A DNA stretch of 64,000 bases from Eledone cirrhosa (Eukaryota): assembly GCA_964016885.1 (NCBI GenBank), contig OZ024746.1, positions 62,124,001-62,188,000 of the forward strand. The letters are read 5' to 3'. Made by a program: the position numbers and the translations under genes. Shown here piece after piece: positions 1 to 13,440 of the stretch (position 1 is the stretch's first letter; every line of letters starts with the position of its first letter). The notes under the pieces were generated by a model. The model saw only the letters and a list, made by a program, of their open reading frames with translations. It had not been told where the DNA came from and made no database searches.

Positions 1-73
1 GTGTCTGTCCTTAGGGCATCAACATACGTTAACCTTGGTCTTCCTCTTCTATATATATATTTGAAAAGAAAAG

Positions 74-110
<37 letters not shown>

Positions 111-112
<2 letters not shown>

Positions 113-300
113 GGAAAAATTTGAACAGGAACAAAACAGAGAGGCAGTACAACGAATGTTTATTAATTTCACGCTCTGGAGAGTGGGGTGTTGGTGGGGA
201 ACGACGTTTCGGACGTAAGCCCTTCCTCAGGTGAGAAGTGTGTGGGAACAGAGTTCAAAGGGTGTGTAGGGGAGTGGTGGAGAGACATATAGCGAAAGGA
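111..300 (-). mobile_element. PLE-like terminal remnant with degenerate hammerhead, abutting (TA)n
   Basis: Minus strand ctgagga-agggc ttac gtcc-gaaa cg tc (~199-237), then aataaa and (TA)n; stem I weak. Related tails at 19040-19165 and 54393-54465. Confidence 0.6.
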
Positions 301-361
301 AACTGTGCGAATGAAATTAAAAATAAAAATAAAAATAAAAATAAAGATAAAAATAAAGATA

Positions 362-409
<48 letters not shown>

Positions 410-827
410 AGATTATTAGAGTAATTTTTCTTTCCATCGTCCCAACGTTCATTCCTTTCTGATGATGATCTCCACAATACTTCTGACAACTGGACATTGT
501 TTTATTACTTCAATAATTTACAGTGACGTTTTACACTCAGCGTTTTAATTCTTTCTTAAGGTGTTATCGTTTGATCCTACCCCCATCATCCGGACATTCT
601 CAGCTGACATTTTCATCCACTACTATTTACCTACACATATCTCTCAAGACTTCCTTCCTGCTGAGGGATTGGTAGAATCGGTAGAGCGACAGACAAATTG
701 GATTATGTTTAGTTGCTTCCCTTTTTGCACTCAGTTCAAATGTCGGTCGAGGTCACCTTTGCCTTTTATTCTTCTTAAAGGGCAACAAAATGAAGTACCA
801 ATGACTATATTGGAAATTTTAAAAAAA

Positions 828-1312
828 GCATATACGTACATATACATGCACATACATATACATACATATACATATGCATACACATATATACTCATACATA
901 TACATACAAATACACGTACATACACATACGTATGCATACATACACACATACATATACACATACATACACATATATATACATGCACATACAAATACATACA
1001 TATACAATCATATAGATACACATACATATACATACATATACATACACATACATATACACACACATACATACATATACATACAAATACACATACATACACT
1101 TACATATACATGCGCATACATATACACATACATATACATTCATACACATACATATACACATACACATACATATACATATACATACAAACACACATACATG
1201 CACATACATATACATGCACATACACATAGACATACACATACATACAAATACACACACACATACATATATACACATACATATACATATACACATACATATA
1301 CACATGCACACA
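828..1312. repeat. Degenerate (CATA/CA/TA)n microsatellite
   Basis: Low-complexity tract that produces the H/T/Y/I ORFs. Confidence 0.95.
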
Positions 1313-1593
1313 ATACGTTTGTAAAAGGCGGAACTCCCGTTTCAAAATGAATGCTCATCGCTTAATTAATTTTATAGATCGTAAAAAGTTCTTTTTAATT
1401 ATCTTAGGGAATTCATTTCACATTGGCGTCTAATTATTTATAGGGATATAAAATATAAAATCAATATAGCTGGGAGCCGCAATCAACAAAGTGAGGTGTT
1501 GTGATCGAGTTATATCTCTGATGAGACTTTCCATTCCTCCAGCGTCCATCATATTTCTTTATGGCTACCGTCTCCGACAGATAAGGGCGGATA

Positions 1594-1987
1594 ATTGTTT
1601 CTACTTTGGCGCCAAGGACAGCAATTATCCCCAGTGCATTACTGGTACTTTATTTTATCGACCCCCGTAAAGGATGAAAGGTAAAGTTAACCTCGACAGG
1701 ATTTGAACTCAGACCGTAAAGGGACATAACTGTGTGGGAAAGCATGGCGTCCGACCTTTTACTAATACTGCCAATTCACCGCCCCACTGCAGATCATTGT
1801 TTCTGCTTTTGGCACAAGGCCAGCAGTTATCCCAGTACATTACTGGTACTTTATTTTATCGACCACCGTAAAGGATGAAAGGCAAAGTTAACCTCGGCGG
1901 GATTTGAACTCAGAATGGCAAGGGCCGTAACTCCATGCGTCAAAGCATGGCGTCCGACCCTCTACCGATACTGCCAATCCACCGCCC
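1594..1987 (-). mobile_element. Two adjacent copies of tRNA-derived SINE family A
   Basis: Minus strand: head gggcggtggattggcagtatcggtagag (A box), gagttcaaatccc (B box), body gaggttaactttgcctttcatccttacggggtcgataaaataaagtaccag, tail gtagaaacaattat. Body resembles the Nin/Sauria-type central domain (from memory). Confidence 0.9.
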
Positions 1988-2039
1988 GTGTGCAGATAAT
2001 GTGCTTGGGTGAGATGTAAAGCGAGAAACTGGAATATAA

Positions 2040-2082
<43 letters not shown>

Positions 2083-2658
2083 GAGAGCGATAGACATACA
2101 GACAGACAGACAGACAGACTGACAGACTACAGACAGTACTGACAGGAGTAGTAAACATACGTAAACACACACATATATGCATACACATGCATAGATGTAT
2201 GTGTGTGTGTGTTTGTGTGTGTATATGCATAGTATACATACATTCACAAACATGTATTTATATGTATGTGCATATATATGTATGTATGTGTGTATGTATG
2301 TAGGAATGTGTGTATGTATGTATATATGTATGTATGTATATATGTATGTGTTTATGCATGCATATATGTATGTATGTGTGTATGTATATATATATATATA
2401 TGTGTATGCATGTATGTATGTATGTGTGTATGTATGTATCTATGTATGTATGTAAGTATGTATATGTATGTATGTATTTATGTATATGTATGATTATATA
2501 TATTTATGTGTGTGTATGTATCTATGTATGTATGTATGTATGTAAGTATGTATGTATGTATATGTATGTATGTATATATGTATATGTATGTATGTATATA
2601 TATTTATGTGTGTGTATGCTTGCATACATCTATGTATGTATGTATGTATGTATCTATG
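2040..2658. repeat. (GACA)n then (TATG)n microsatellites
   Basis: Direct inspection. Confidence 0.95.
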
Positions 2659-2659
2659 T

Positions 2660-2850
2660 CGGGTCACTCTTGAGTGCTACTGGTAACATGTAACCCAGTA
2701 CAACCTGTCGCATGGTCGGGTCGTCGGCGACTAAACCGGCAACCCACCAAGTTTCCTAGGTGAGAAGGGTGATTTTAGACACCCTGCAGGACAAAAAACA
2801 AAACCTGACAAAGGGCGGAAGAACTCATAAGAGTCAACGGCCATCCGAAA
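2660..2850 (+). mobile_element. 5' UTR fragment of the RTE-type LINE at 62.77 kb
   Basis: cccagtacaacctgtcgcatggtcgggtcg...ggcgactaaa...caaaggg closely matches 62776-62900 and 45541-45690. Confidence 0.85.
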
Positions 2851-2874
2851 GTGTGTAAATATGTATATACACAT

Positions 2875-3180
2875 GTACCGCGCGGTTAAACCACTGCGAG
2901 TGAAGGACCCCTAGCTTTTGTCAGGGCATACTTCTATGAGAAGGCAACTCAGGAAACTGGGATAACTCCGATATAAAACCTGCGGCTCAGTAGTTACCGA
3001 TGATGTTGATCTTTTCTTCTTTTCGGGTTATAGCTACTGTCGCTCAGGGAATGGGATTGGCTCAGTGCACAGTCTTTCCTCACTTTCCGCACAGGCATTG
3101 CACGATAGAATTAATTAATAATTATTAATAATGGTATATCGTGCAATGGCCATACTCGATAACGAGGGGGCAGCCATCAT
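2875..3180 (+). mobile_element. Non-autonomous RTE-like element ending in (GTAT)n
   Basis: Reverse-complement copy at 30756-31037; 3' tail ctcgataacgagggggcagccatcat; related tail near 12603-12640. Confidence 0.7.
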
Positions 3181-3794
3181 GTATGTATGTACATCATTTA
3201 ACGTCTACTTTACCTGCTAGCTAGGGTATATGGTGTTACGTCTATGTAGATGGGGAAGTCAACGTGTCAGAAACTTAGAGGAAGAGATACAGATTTGTGT
3301 GTGTGTGTGTGTGTACCGCCTATGTGTGTGAGTCTAGGATGTATGTGTGTATGTGTGTATGTGTGTGTATGTATGTGTGTATGTGTGTGTGTATGTGAGT
3401 ATGGATGCGTGTATGTATGTATGTATGTGTGTATGTGTGTATGTGTGTGTATGTATGTGTGTATGAATGTATGTGTGTATGTGTGTATGTGTGTGTATGT
3501 ATGAGTATCTATGTATGTGTGTGTGTTTGTGTGTGGAGGTCGGAAGATTTGGGATGTCAAAAAAAAAAAATTGCTAGTTTTAGTACATCTCCAAATGAAC
3601 CAATACGAAATGTTTTTATGGTAGCAATAAATACACAGCCTACACCTTTGACGTTGCCCTATATGATTTGATTAGGCAATTAACTTTAAATTAGTATCAC
3701 TGGTCACTTCTCTATAATAAACTGGTAATTATCTCGATGTTATTCACAGTAGTTACTAGATCGAACAACAATAACAACAATACTAATATTAGTT

Positions 3795-4098
3795 TCCATA
3801 TCCCACAAGGCCTGCAATTTGTGGAGGGGAGAAAATCAATAATATCGACGCTCTCCAGTATTGGGCTGGTACTTTATTTTATCGACCTCAGAAGTAAATG
3901 AAAGGAAAGGTTGACCTTGATAGGATTTGAACTCAGAATACAGAGAGAAGGAACAAATGTTGCAAAGCATTATATCTGACGCTCTACCGATTCACAATAA
4001 TAGTAATAATAATTGTTTCTACTTTTGGCACAAGGCCAGCAATTACCCAGTGCATTACTGGTACTTTGTTTTATCGACCCCGTAAGGATGAAAGGCAA
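3795..4098 (-). mobile_element. SINE family A: one diverged and one partial copy
   Basis: ctggtactttattttatcgac...gatttgaactcag motif. Confidence 0.85.
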
Positions 4099-4426
4099 AA
4101 AGTGTGTTTCTGTTGTGTTAGCGATTCGACAAATAGAGACCGATAAAAAATACTCGTCGATATGTTTGCCTGTGTGCATGCGGTTGTGTGTGTGTGTGTG
4201 TGTGTGTGTGCATGCGGTTGTGTGTGTGTGTGTATAATGCATTATGAACAGGTAGATATTTAAATCATTTTTTTTATTTATTTAAAGGATTGTTTAATGT
4301 TTGTTTGTTCTGCTCATCAATTTTTATAGTTCTGGTATCTCGAATTAGTACCATAGAACAACAATTATATTATAGACACCCTATATATCTCTATGGCTAC
4401 TTAGTACTCAGTGAGATATTTACCTC

Positions 4427-4480
<54 letters not shown>

Positions 4481-4665
4481 GTATATGTATATATATATAA
4501 TATATATGTGTGTATGTATATATGTATGTGTTTATGCATGCATATATATATGTATGTATGTGTGTATGTATATATATATAAATATATATAATAAATATAT
4601 ATATATATACATATACATATACATATACTGGTAATTATCTCTATTTATAAAACTGTTATATATTG

Positions 4666-4730
4666 TATCTTGTCTGATGAAGGCATACCATAATGTAACT
4701 TGGTATCCTTGAAATATATATAATGAAATA
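4666..4730 (+). ncRNA. Minimal type I hammerhead ribozyme (family H1)
   Basis: tatcttgt-CTGATGA(4674)-aggcatacca...tggtatcctt-GAAA(4711)-tatata-TA-atgaaata; stems I and II pair, stem III self-complementary. Confidence 0.8.
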
Positions 4731-4792
4731 AATATGGTTTTATAAATATAGCTTCCATTTATTAATATCGTATATATATATATATATATATA

Positions 4793-5779
4793 TCATCATT
4801 ATCAATAAAAGGCAGATTGTTGTTGTTGTTGTTGTGTGTGTGCATGTTCCATGTTTATACATTTGCACAATTTCAAACCGATTCGACTCAAGGTCTGTAA
4901 GAATGTTCTAAATGGTCTAACTTAGGTCAACGACTATTTATTTCATTCACACTCACCCACAATTACGGAAATAATCGATAAAACTAAATACATGACGCTT
5001 TACGCCTCTAATAGAATCTGATTATCTCTATCTACTCACCTTAAACTTTAAGAGAGAGAGAGAGACTGAGAGGGAAAGAGAGAGAGAGAGAGAACGTTTG
5101 TTTTTGAGTGTGGAACGGTCAAATATTTATTTACTTCAATGACAAAGAGAACTTATTACATTTCATAAGAAACAACAATTATTCAAAAGCAACAGATAAA
5201 TTTATTCAACAACAAAAAAAATAGCGATAAATCTTTTTTAAAACATCTATCAACGAACGTGGAAGAAAGAAGTATCAGTTCATTTACTATATACAATAAT
5301 ATCCTCTATGAGATCACTAAACCTGCTAGAAACAGCAGCTAACTCTCCCCTATATCACACCACTCTCTACTGTCTTAAATTTAGAAAACATATCCTCTAT
5401 GAGGTCACTAAACCTGGTAGAAACAGCAGCTAACTCTTCCCCATATCACACCACTCCCTACTGTCTTAAATTTAGAAAACACACATTAGACAACCATGCA
5501 GAACAACTCCATCGCAGCTCTGTTGTTCGGCTGGCATCGTCTAAGCGCGTGTTGCGCAAGTACTGTGAAACAATAATTTTCAACACTTCTTTGCACAGAG
5601 ATAATATCTATAGTCGAAACTACAATTGTCACTGCTGGCACAGCTCCTGCTTCGGCAGTCCAGGTCTGCAATTCATTCACCCAGTGCCTGGCAGACAAAA
5701 AAGTGCTGCCATAAAATGGGTGGTGCAAACTAACTTTGGTAACTTACTGACCCCGAGCAACGCCGGGCTTTAATGCTAG
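4793..5779 (+). mobile_element. Non-autonomous Helitron-like element, copy 1
   Basis: 5' TC..aaaaggcag with (GT)n; 3' hairpin cccg-agcaacgc-cggg then CTAG; sits in (TA)n. Confidence 0.8.
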
Positions 5780-7254
5780 TCATCTATAAAAGGCAGATTG
5801 TTGTTGTTGTGTGTGTGTGCATGTTCCATGTTTATACATTTGCACAATTTCAAACCGATTCGACTCAAAGTCTGTAAGAATGTTGTAAATCGTCTAACTT
5901 AGGTCAACGACTATTTATTTCATTCACACTCACCCACAATTACGGAAATAATGGATAAAACTAAATACATGACGCTTTACCCCTCTAATGGAATCTGATA
6001 ACCTCTCTCTACTCGCCTTAAACTTTAAGAGAGAGAAAGAACGTTTGTTTTTGGGTGTGGAACGGTCAAATATTTATTTACTTCAATGACAAAGAGAACT
6101 TATTACATTTCATACGAAACAACAATTATTCAAAAGCAACAATTAAATTTATTCAACAACAAAAAAAAATAGCGATAAATCTTTTTTAAAACATCTATCA
6201 ACGAACGTGGAAGAAAGAAGTATCAGTTCATTTACTATACACAATAATATCCTCTATGAGGTCACTAAACCTGCTAGAAACAGCAGCTAACTCTCCCCCA
6301 TATCATACCACTCCCTACTGTCTTAAATTTAGAAAACATATCCTCTATGAGGTCACTAAACCTGCTAGAAACAGCAGCTAACTCTCCCCCATATTCTAAA
6401 AGCAACAGATAAATTTATTCAACAACAAAGAAAATAGCGCTAAATCTTTTTTAAAACATCTATCAACGAACGTGGAAGAAAGAAGTATCAGTTCATTTAC
6501 TATACACAATAATATCCTCTATGTAGTCACTAAACTTGCTAGAAACAGCAGCTAACTCTCCCCTATATCACACCACTCCCTACTGTCTTAAATTTAGAAA
6601 ACATATCCTCTATGAGGTCACTAAACCTGCTAGAAACAGCAGCTAACTCTCCCCCATATTCTAAAAGCAACAGATAAATTTATTCAACAACAAAGAAAAT
6701 AGCGCTAAATCTTTTTTAAAACATCTATCAACGAACGTGGAAGAAAGAAGTATCAGTTCATTTACTATACACAATAATATCCTCTATGTAGTCACTAAAC
6801 TTGCTAGAAACAGCAGCTAACTCTCCCCTATATAACACCACTCCCTACTGTCTTAAATTTAGAAAACATATCCTATGTAGTCACTAAACCTGCTAGAAAC
6901 AGCAGCTAACTCTCCCCCAAATCACACCCCTCCCTACTGTCTTAAATTTAGAAAATACACATTAGACAACCATGCAGAACAACTCCATCGCAGCTCTGTT
7001 GTTCGGCTGGCATCGTCTACGCGTGTGTTGCGCAAGTACTGTGAAACAATAAATTTCAACACTTCTTTGCACAGAGATAATATCTATAGGCGAAACTACA
7101 ATTGTCACTGCTGGCACAGCTCCTGCTTCGGCAGTCCAGGTCTGCAATTCATTCACCCAGTGCCTGGCAGACAAAAAAGTGCTGCCATAAAATGGGTGGT
7201 ACAACCTAACTTTAGTAACTTACTGACCCCGAGCAACGCCGGGCTTTAATGCTA

Positions 7255-7255
<1 letters not shown>
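5780..7255 (+). mobile_element. Non-autonomous Helitron-like element, copy 2 (head-to-tail, internally expanded)
   Basis: Junction CTAG|TCatctataaaagg at 5779/5780; same 3' hairpin and CTAG|T at 7252-7256; internal tandem duplications ~6250-6960. Confidence 0.8.
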
Positions 7256-7311
<56 letters not shown>

Positions 7312-7314
<3 letters not shown>

Positions 7315-7395
7315 CGAAGGAAGTGTGGTAAAGAACCAGGTGGACCATAACGCACCAGAGTACTCTGCCGTCGGGGTCTTGAACATTTTCATTTT
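7312..7395 (-). mobile_element. Tail fragment of PLE-like family H2 in (TA)n
   Basis: Reverse complement matches gagtactctggtgcgttatggtccacctgg seen at 16.34, 19.96 and 21.33 kb. Confidence 0.75.
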
Positions 7396-7640
7396 TATAT
7401 ATATATATATATATATATATGAAAAAAAAAAGGAAAAGAATGACTTCACTTGTAGTTCTAAATAATTTGATTTAATTTTATAATATTATAATATTATGAG
7501 TTGGTAGATCTTGTAAGTTCTTTGTTAACTTCGGTGGGAAGAATTTTAAAGATTCCTGGTTAACTTTATTGGAGAACTTTCTCGCATTCGTCGGTGCCGA
7601 TTGAACCCGGGATAAACTTATATATATATATATATATATG

Positions 7641-7759
<119 letters not shown>

Positions 7760-7764
7760 GTATA

Positions 7765-8445
<681 letters not shown>

Positions 8446-8627
8446 TATATAAATATAACAATATATATATATATATATATATGTAGAAGTTATATTTAAT
8501 TTGTTGGGATACAACAAGCAAATATTTATATAACTGATATAAAGCACTCAACAAATTTTTGGAGTAAAAATACAATATATTAACAATATATTATGTCAAT
8601 ATTTGTTTATAAAACTGATCTATATTA

Positions 8628-8692
8628 TATTTTATCTGATGAAAGCGCACCATAATTTGCTTTGGTGTCCTTGAAATATGTATAATGAAATA
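8628..8692 (+). ncRNA. Minimal type I hammerhead ribozyme (family H1), preceded by its own inverted tail 8483-8580
   Basis: CTGATGA 8636, gcacca/tggtgt stem II, GAAA 8673, tatgta-TA, atgaaata. Confidence 0.75.
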
Positions 8693-8751
8693 AATATGGT
8701 TTTATAAATATAGTTTCCATTTGTTAATATATTGTATATATATATATATAT

Positions 8752-8936
8752 GTTTATCCCGGGTTCAATCGGGAGTAACCACAGTAAGCAAGGTACTCAA
8801 TACATAGCAGAGTATAAATATTTAATATAGAAATGGTTTCTACAGGACTAGAACTGTTTCATTCGCGAGAAGTCATTAGGAAGCCCTGATGATTTCTCCC
8901 GAATGAAACAGTCTTGTAGAAGCCATTTCTACATTA
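8752..8936. mobile_element. Fold-back PLE-like family H3 with hammerhead core
   Basis: Inverted arms around aggaagccct; ctgatga-tttc tccc gaat-gaaacag. Homologues at 26646-26810 and 56588-56782; tail fragment ~7595-7620. Confidence 0.75.
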
Positions 8937-9242
8937 TATATACATATATATGTGTTTGTGTGTGTGTGTGTACAGTCAACTCTCTCTTACACACTCACAC
9001 ACACAAGTATCTATACTCACACATACGCAATGCTTCTGTCCCATTTGCTATCATCTAAACATATGTGCTAAAATTGTTCTTTCCGCCTAACCTTATTTTC
9101 TACTTCTCTCCTTTCTTTCATTTGTTCTCAATCTATCTGTTTCGATGAAGCACTTATTCCGAAACGTCAAGAATATTTGCTGCTAACACAACGAAAGAAT
9201 ATATGATGTTCACAATATCACTATGGATTTGAGAATGTTTAC

Positions 9243-9308
9243 AAGAAGAAGAAGAAGAAGAAGAAGAAGAAGAAGAAGAAGAAGAAGAAGAAGAAGAAGA
9301 AGAAGAAG

Positions 9309-9386
<78 letters not shown>

Positions 9387-9397
9387 AACAGCAACAG
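9243..9397. repeat. (GAA)n(CAA)n trinucleotide repeat
   Basis: Direct inspection. Confidence 0.97.
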
Positions 9398-9901
9398 CCT
9401 AGGTAAAAAAGAAGAGCCATCACACCTGCAAATGTACTTCACAAACCAATCTAAACTATAATAAAGTAAGGAGTGCGGGACTGCGTCCAGAATATATATT
9501 TTTTTATCCCGTTTGTAAAATAAGTTGGATTACTTTGAATAAATAATGAATAAATATTACATAATTTATCTACTAAATTTCGTTATTCTTGATTAAATAT
9601 ATATAAATTTGTTGCCTATTTTAAGATTCACTTCTTTAAAATTTTCAAATGTCAACACTTCCGGTTAGCGATCGCTTAAATAAACATTCATATATTTCCG
9701 TCACTAATTTTCTCCTAATGCAGTTTATATATAATATCGTCTTGTTTTAATGTATCATGGATTATGTTACTGATTACATAAGAGAGTGCAACACAGTCTT
9801 CGTTCAATTTCTGTGTATATTGTCAATTACGATTTTATTTGATGTATCATATCTAGATGTATATATACTCGCGTATAATATCAATATGCACACTACACAT
9901 G

Positions 9902-9939
9902 CTAGCAGAAAACCACCCGAAGGGTGGTTTTTCTGCTAG
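9902..9939. other. Near-perfect hairpin ending in CTAG|T (possible Helitron 3' end)
   Basis: ctagcagaaaaccaccc-gaa-gggtggtttttctgctag. Confidence 0.45.
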
Positions 9940-10100
9940 TGAACTTAATTAGGAATTAAAAAGACCCATTAAAGGTTACAAAGCTCAATTTTAAAAGTAA
10001 AAACAAAAACTGTAACGGAAGCTCTGTAAATCAATGGTTAGACTTTTCCATCAAATCATACCATTAAACGAAAGACATATTGAAGAATATTGTTCTAAAT

Positions 10101-10391
10101 CAGTCGTAGGCAACCTGCGGCCCATGAACCTTTCAGAATGGCCCGCCTATGTCACCTAAGTGAAATATTTCTGATTTTTTTTACTCCAACTTTTCAGTCG
10201 TAATTTATCTTTCTATCATTTTAATGATCGTTGAAATCAACGTGTACGAATTCTGAAGAAACAAATCAAAGCAACCTGAGTTACCGCCCTTTTTTTAATA
10301 TGGTCTCGAATGCAAATTAGCGCTTGCAGTCCGCCTGATGATGAGTTATATCTCATGCAGCCCACTTCTCAAAAAAGTTTGCCCATGCCTG
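10101..10391. mobile_element. hAT (Charlie-like) MITE
   Basis: TIRs cagtcgtaggcaacct / agtttgcccatgcctg; 8-bp TSD ttctaaat / ttctagat. Confidence 0.75.
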
Positions 10392-10639
10392 TTCTAGATA
10401 CGCTAGGAATTAAAAATCGTACATACTCGATTAGATTGATTCTAGGTCTTTATTGGTGCCTATGTAATCGATCAGAAAAGGTTTAAAGGTTAAGTTTACC
10501 CTTCACTCCTCCTCCGATGATATTTAAATTTATAAGATAAAGAGAAGTAATCAAATATCGTTGAATATCACTGTGTCCGATGCTCTACCGATTTTAACCA
10601 TTTACTGCTTCTCGTATTTCATATTGTAGTGTATAATGT

Positions 10640-11004
10640 CAGACCTGCCAACCTCTAAACACCCAAACGGGGAGGTTGGTATGCATGGGCGACTGCTTGT
10701 CTTCCTAAAAACAAAACAAAAAAAACACCTTGCCTAGGCTTGTGGCTCGGAAGGAAAACCTTTACTCTCTGTAAGATGCTGACCTCTATGAGGTATTTTC
10801 CCCTGAGCCTTAATCAGACCTACCAACCTCTAAAACCCCAAACGGGGATTACCATGAAAAAAGTGTCCCAAAACGGAGAGAAATGAGGCAAAATGGGGAG
10901 ATTTTAGATAATGAAAGCTATACCCATTTTCACAAGAGAAGACATCTTTCACCTAAAGTGGGTGGGAGATCTCCCCTATCGGACGGGGAGAGTTGACAGG
11001 TCTG
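10640..11004 (+). mobile_element. MITE family M (TIR cagacctgccaac) fused with a SINE 3' segment
   Basis: Ends gttgacaggtctg; same SINE-MITE junction at 51690-51830. Confidence 0.75.
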
Positions 11005-11889
11005 TAATGTAGAATAACTATTGTGTAAAATGTAGAAAACTACATAATCAGTTAAAGCGTGAAATAGTCTTATGAAGTACTTACATATCTCATGTTGTTA
11101 GTGTGAATTATTAGTTACAGTGCGAAATATGCCACTAATACATTTTCACACTGGAGTGTAAAATATGGAACAAATAAAAACAACATATGGTGCCGAACAT
11201 TAACTTGTGATCTGATTATGTGTCATACTGACAGGGTGGTCGGCTTTCTGATCTAGTTGCTGATGATACCACGCCTTCTTTTTTTTATATGCTTTGCTTT
11301 CTTTCTTCTTTTTTCCACACCTTTTCTTTTTTCTTTTTTCTTTCTTTCACTCATATATTTCTGCCTTCATTCATTCATTTTTCTAAAGAACTTCTATCAA
11401 AACTTCACACTGTAAATAAAACGCTGGTTTTATTTGTAAAATCTAACAACTTTCAACTCTATATTCACACCTTGTAAAACTGCTTAAAGATACTTTGAAA
11501 TATTTCTATTTTCTTTTCTTTCCTTTATCGCTTAGTAAATGGAGGGGAGGGCTGTGTTTCTGGGGCTTGACGGAGATGGGGGGGGGGGGGAGTTATCTAA
11601 ATGATCATGAATCTGGTTTGAATGTTTGCAATAGAATGAACTCTACTGACGTCACTCAATGATCAGGTGATGGATCAGATGGATTAAGTATACCGCTCAA
11701 GTTAAATCTATATTGTTATTTAACCTCAGATCAACACTGACTGGGCAGATATATAATCAAAGGGGTTCCAGTAATGTTCTTCTCTCGTGCACAACATATC
11801 TAGGACTACATTATCCAATATACCCTACGGTTCATATTATATAATGTCACCCCTCCACTATTTATGGCTTTGTACTTATATTACAATTA

Positions 11890-12210
11890 TCTTCGATTTT
11901 GTATTTGTTTTACAAGATTCTTGATGTGAAATCGTGTATTGAAACAGATATCGTTCTAAATTGGGGTGGTCATGCTACCAGTAAAAACACACGCGTAGAT
12001 CAGGATCATAATAAAGAGGAGCAAGAATAATCATTGAGAAGGTCACAGGATGTGTGACGAAAGAGCTTTGACAATTAAGAATTAAACAACCTCCCGGTTA
12101 ATAAACTAACTGGTTAATGGATTAGTTACTCAACTAACAATAAACTGAACTGAAACTCAACTGGTGCCTGTGTTTTTATTGGCAGTATGACCTACCCAAA
12201 GTATAACAAT
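11890..12210 (+). mobile_element. Diverged fold-back family H4
   Basis: Reverse-complement homologue of 29091-29480 and 58143-58520; degenerate core ttgagaa-ggtcaca..tgtgac-gaaagagctttgac. Confidence 0.7.
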
Positions 12211-13020
12211 TACAAATCATTGTTATATCAAATAACAATAACATCCTTATTTTGTCAGATCTTCTAACTTCTACAGTCTAGATAGCGGTGGGTTGTTGAA
12301 ATCGGTAGAGCATCAGACACAGTGGTATTCAGCAATATTTAGTTACGTCCCTTTATATTCTTAATGAAAATACCCAAGGCATGCCGTATTTCACTACGAT
12401 GCCCCTACGAATCGATCAAGAATTACGAGTCTATTCATACATAGATGTTGATTGATACTTCTTTTCAGGAGTCATCTCTTCATTGATCATTGGACAATCA
12501 TGCACACGCAGGTGAATTTTCAGCCGAGCTTCTGTTCTGCAAGTTTCCTTGATCTATGATGTGGTCTTTCCCTCTGGTCAGCTCCCTACATACATACATA
12601 CATGGTGGCTGCCAACTCGTTTTCGAGTACGGCCACTACTTTATATCCAAGTAGGAGAACCCCTACCGATACGCTGAACGAGTGTGACTTTTTAGTCCAG
12701 CCAGCGACTTGAAAACTCTGGTACAAACACTACACTTGTGACAATTATTGACACATAGTGCTGGGCCCATGATACCATGTGACGACAAGTGCAGAGAGAT
12801 CTCCAGATATAAAGCAATGCCTGTGCCGTGAAGCTTTTATAGTGAGCAAAGGCTCTGCACAAAGCCAGCCCCACTCTCTTAACCAAGATGATATTTACCA
12901 AAAAGAAGAACAAGTCAACATACATACATACATACATACATACATACATACATACATACATACATACACACAGTCATACATGCTGATGCTACTTCTTGTC
13001 AGAAGAGTGTCATCCCTTCA

Positions 13021-13440
13021 TTGAACATTGCACAATTATGTGCACATAGGTTACTTTTCAGACCCGCTTTTGTTTTGCAAGCACGTTCACATATGTAAAA
13101 CTTGAACCGTCTGTCTTCTGGCAATACCAGCTGAGGTGTGTTCTCATGCATTCTACCATGTCTGGTCAGTCTATCCACTAACTTGCAAATTAAGCCACAC
13201 TTACTGTAAATGTACCGTGGGTATGTGGCGGTAGAACCATCTCACAGGTAGCTTGATTTCTCCTTGGCTCGTGTGATTTCAGATGGATGACAAACCCAAC
13301 TCTTGTTAGAAGAAATCGGCCACATACATTGCACCTCAATTCCTGCTGAATTTTTGCCAGCATTGCACTTACTTCCCGCTTATAAAGTGAACGCTTCAAA
13401 ACAGCATGCTCCACTTGCTTTTTCTCAAAGACATCAAATC
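13021..13440 (-). pseudogene. Probable RTE-type LINE 3' fragment with C2H2 zinc finger
   Basis: LRCNVCGRFLLTRVGFVIHLKSH, preceded by helical FEKKQVEHAVLKR similar to RTE C-termini; flanked by (TACA)n. Confidence 0.6.

Noticed and set aside
459-500. CTGATGA as a hammerhead core
   Set aside because: No downstream GAAA-stem III-UH or stem I.
5399-7249. Duplicated 74-124 aa ORFs as genes
   Set aside because: Inside non-autonomous Helitron copies, no recognisable domain, different starts.
9135-9175. Hammerhead-like tcgatga...ccgaaacgtc
   Set aside because: Core and stems too degenerate to list; probably a decayed relative of the 199-237 motif.
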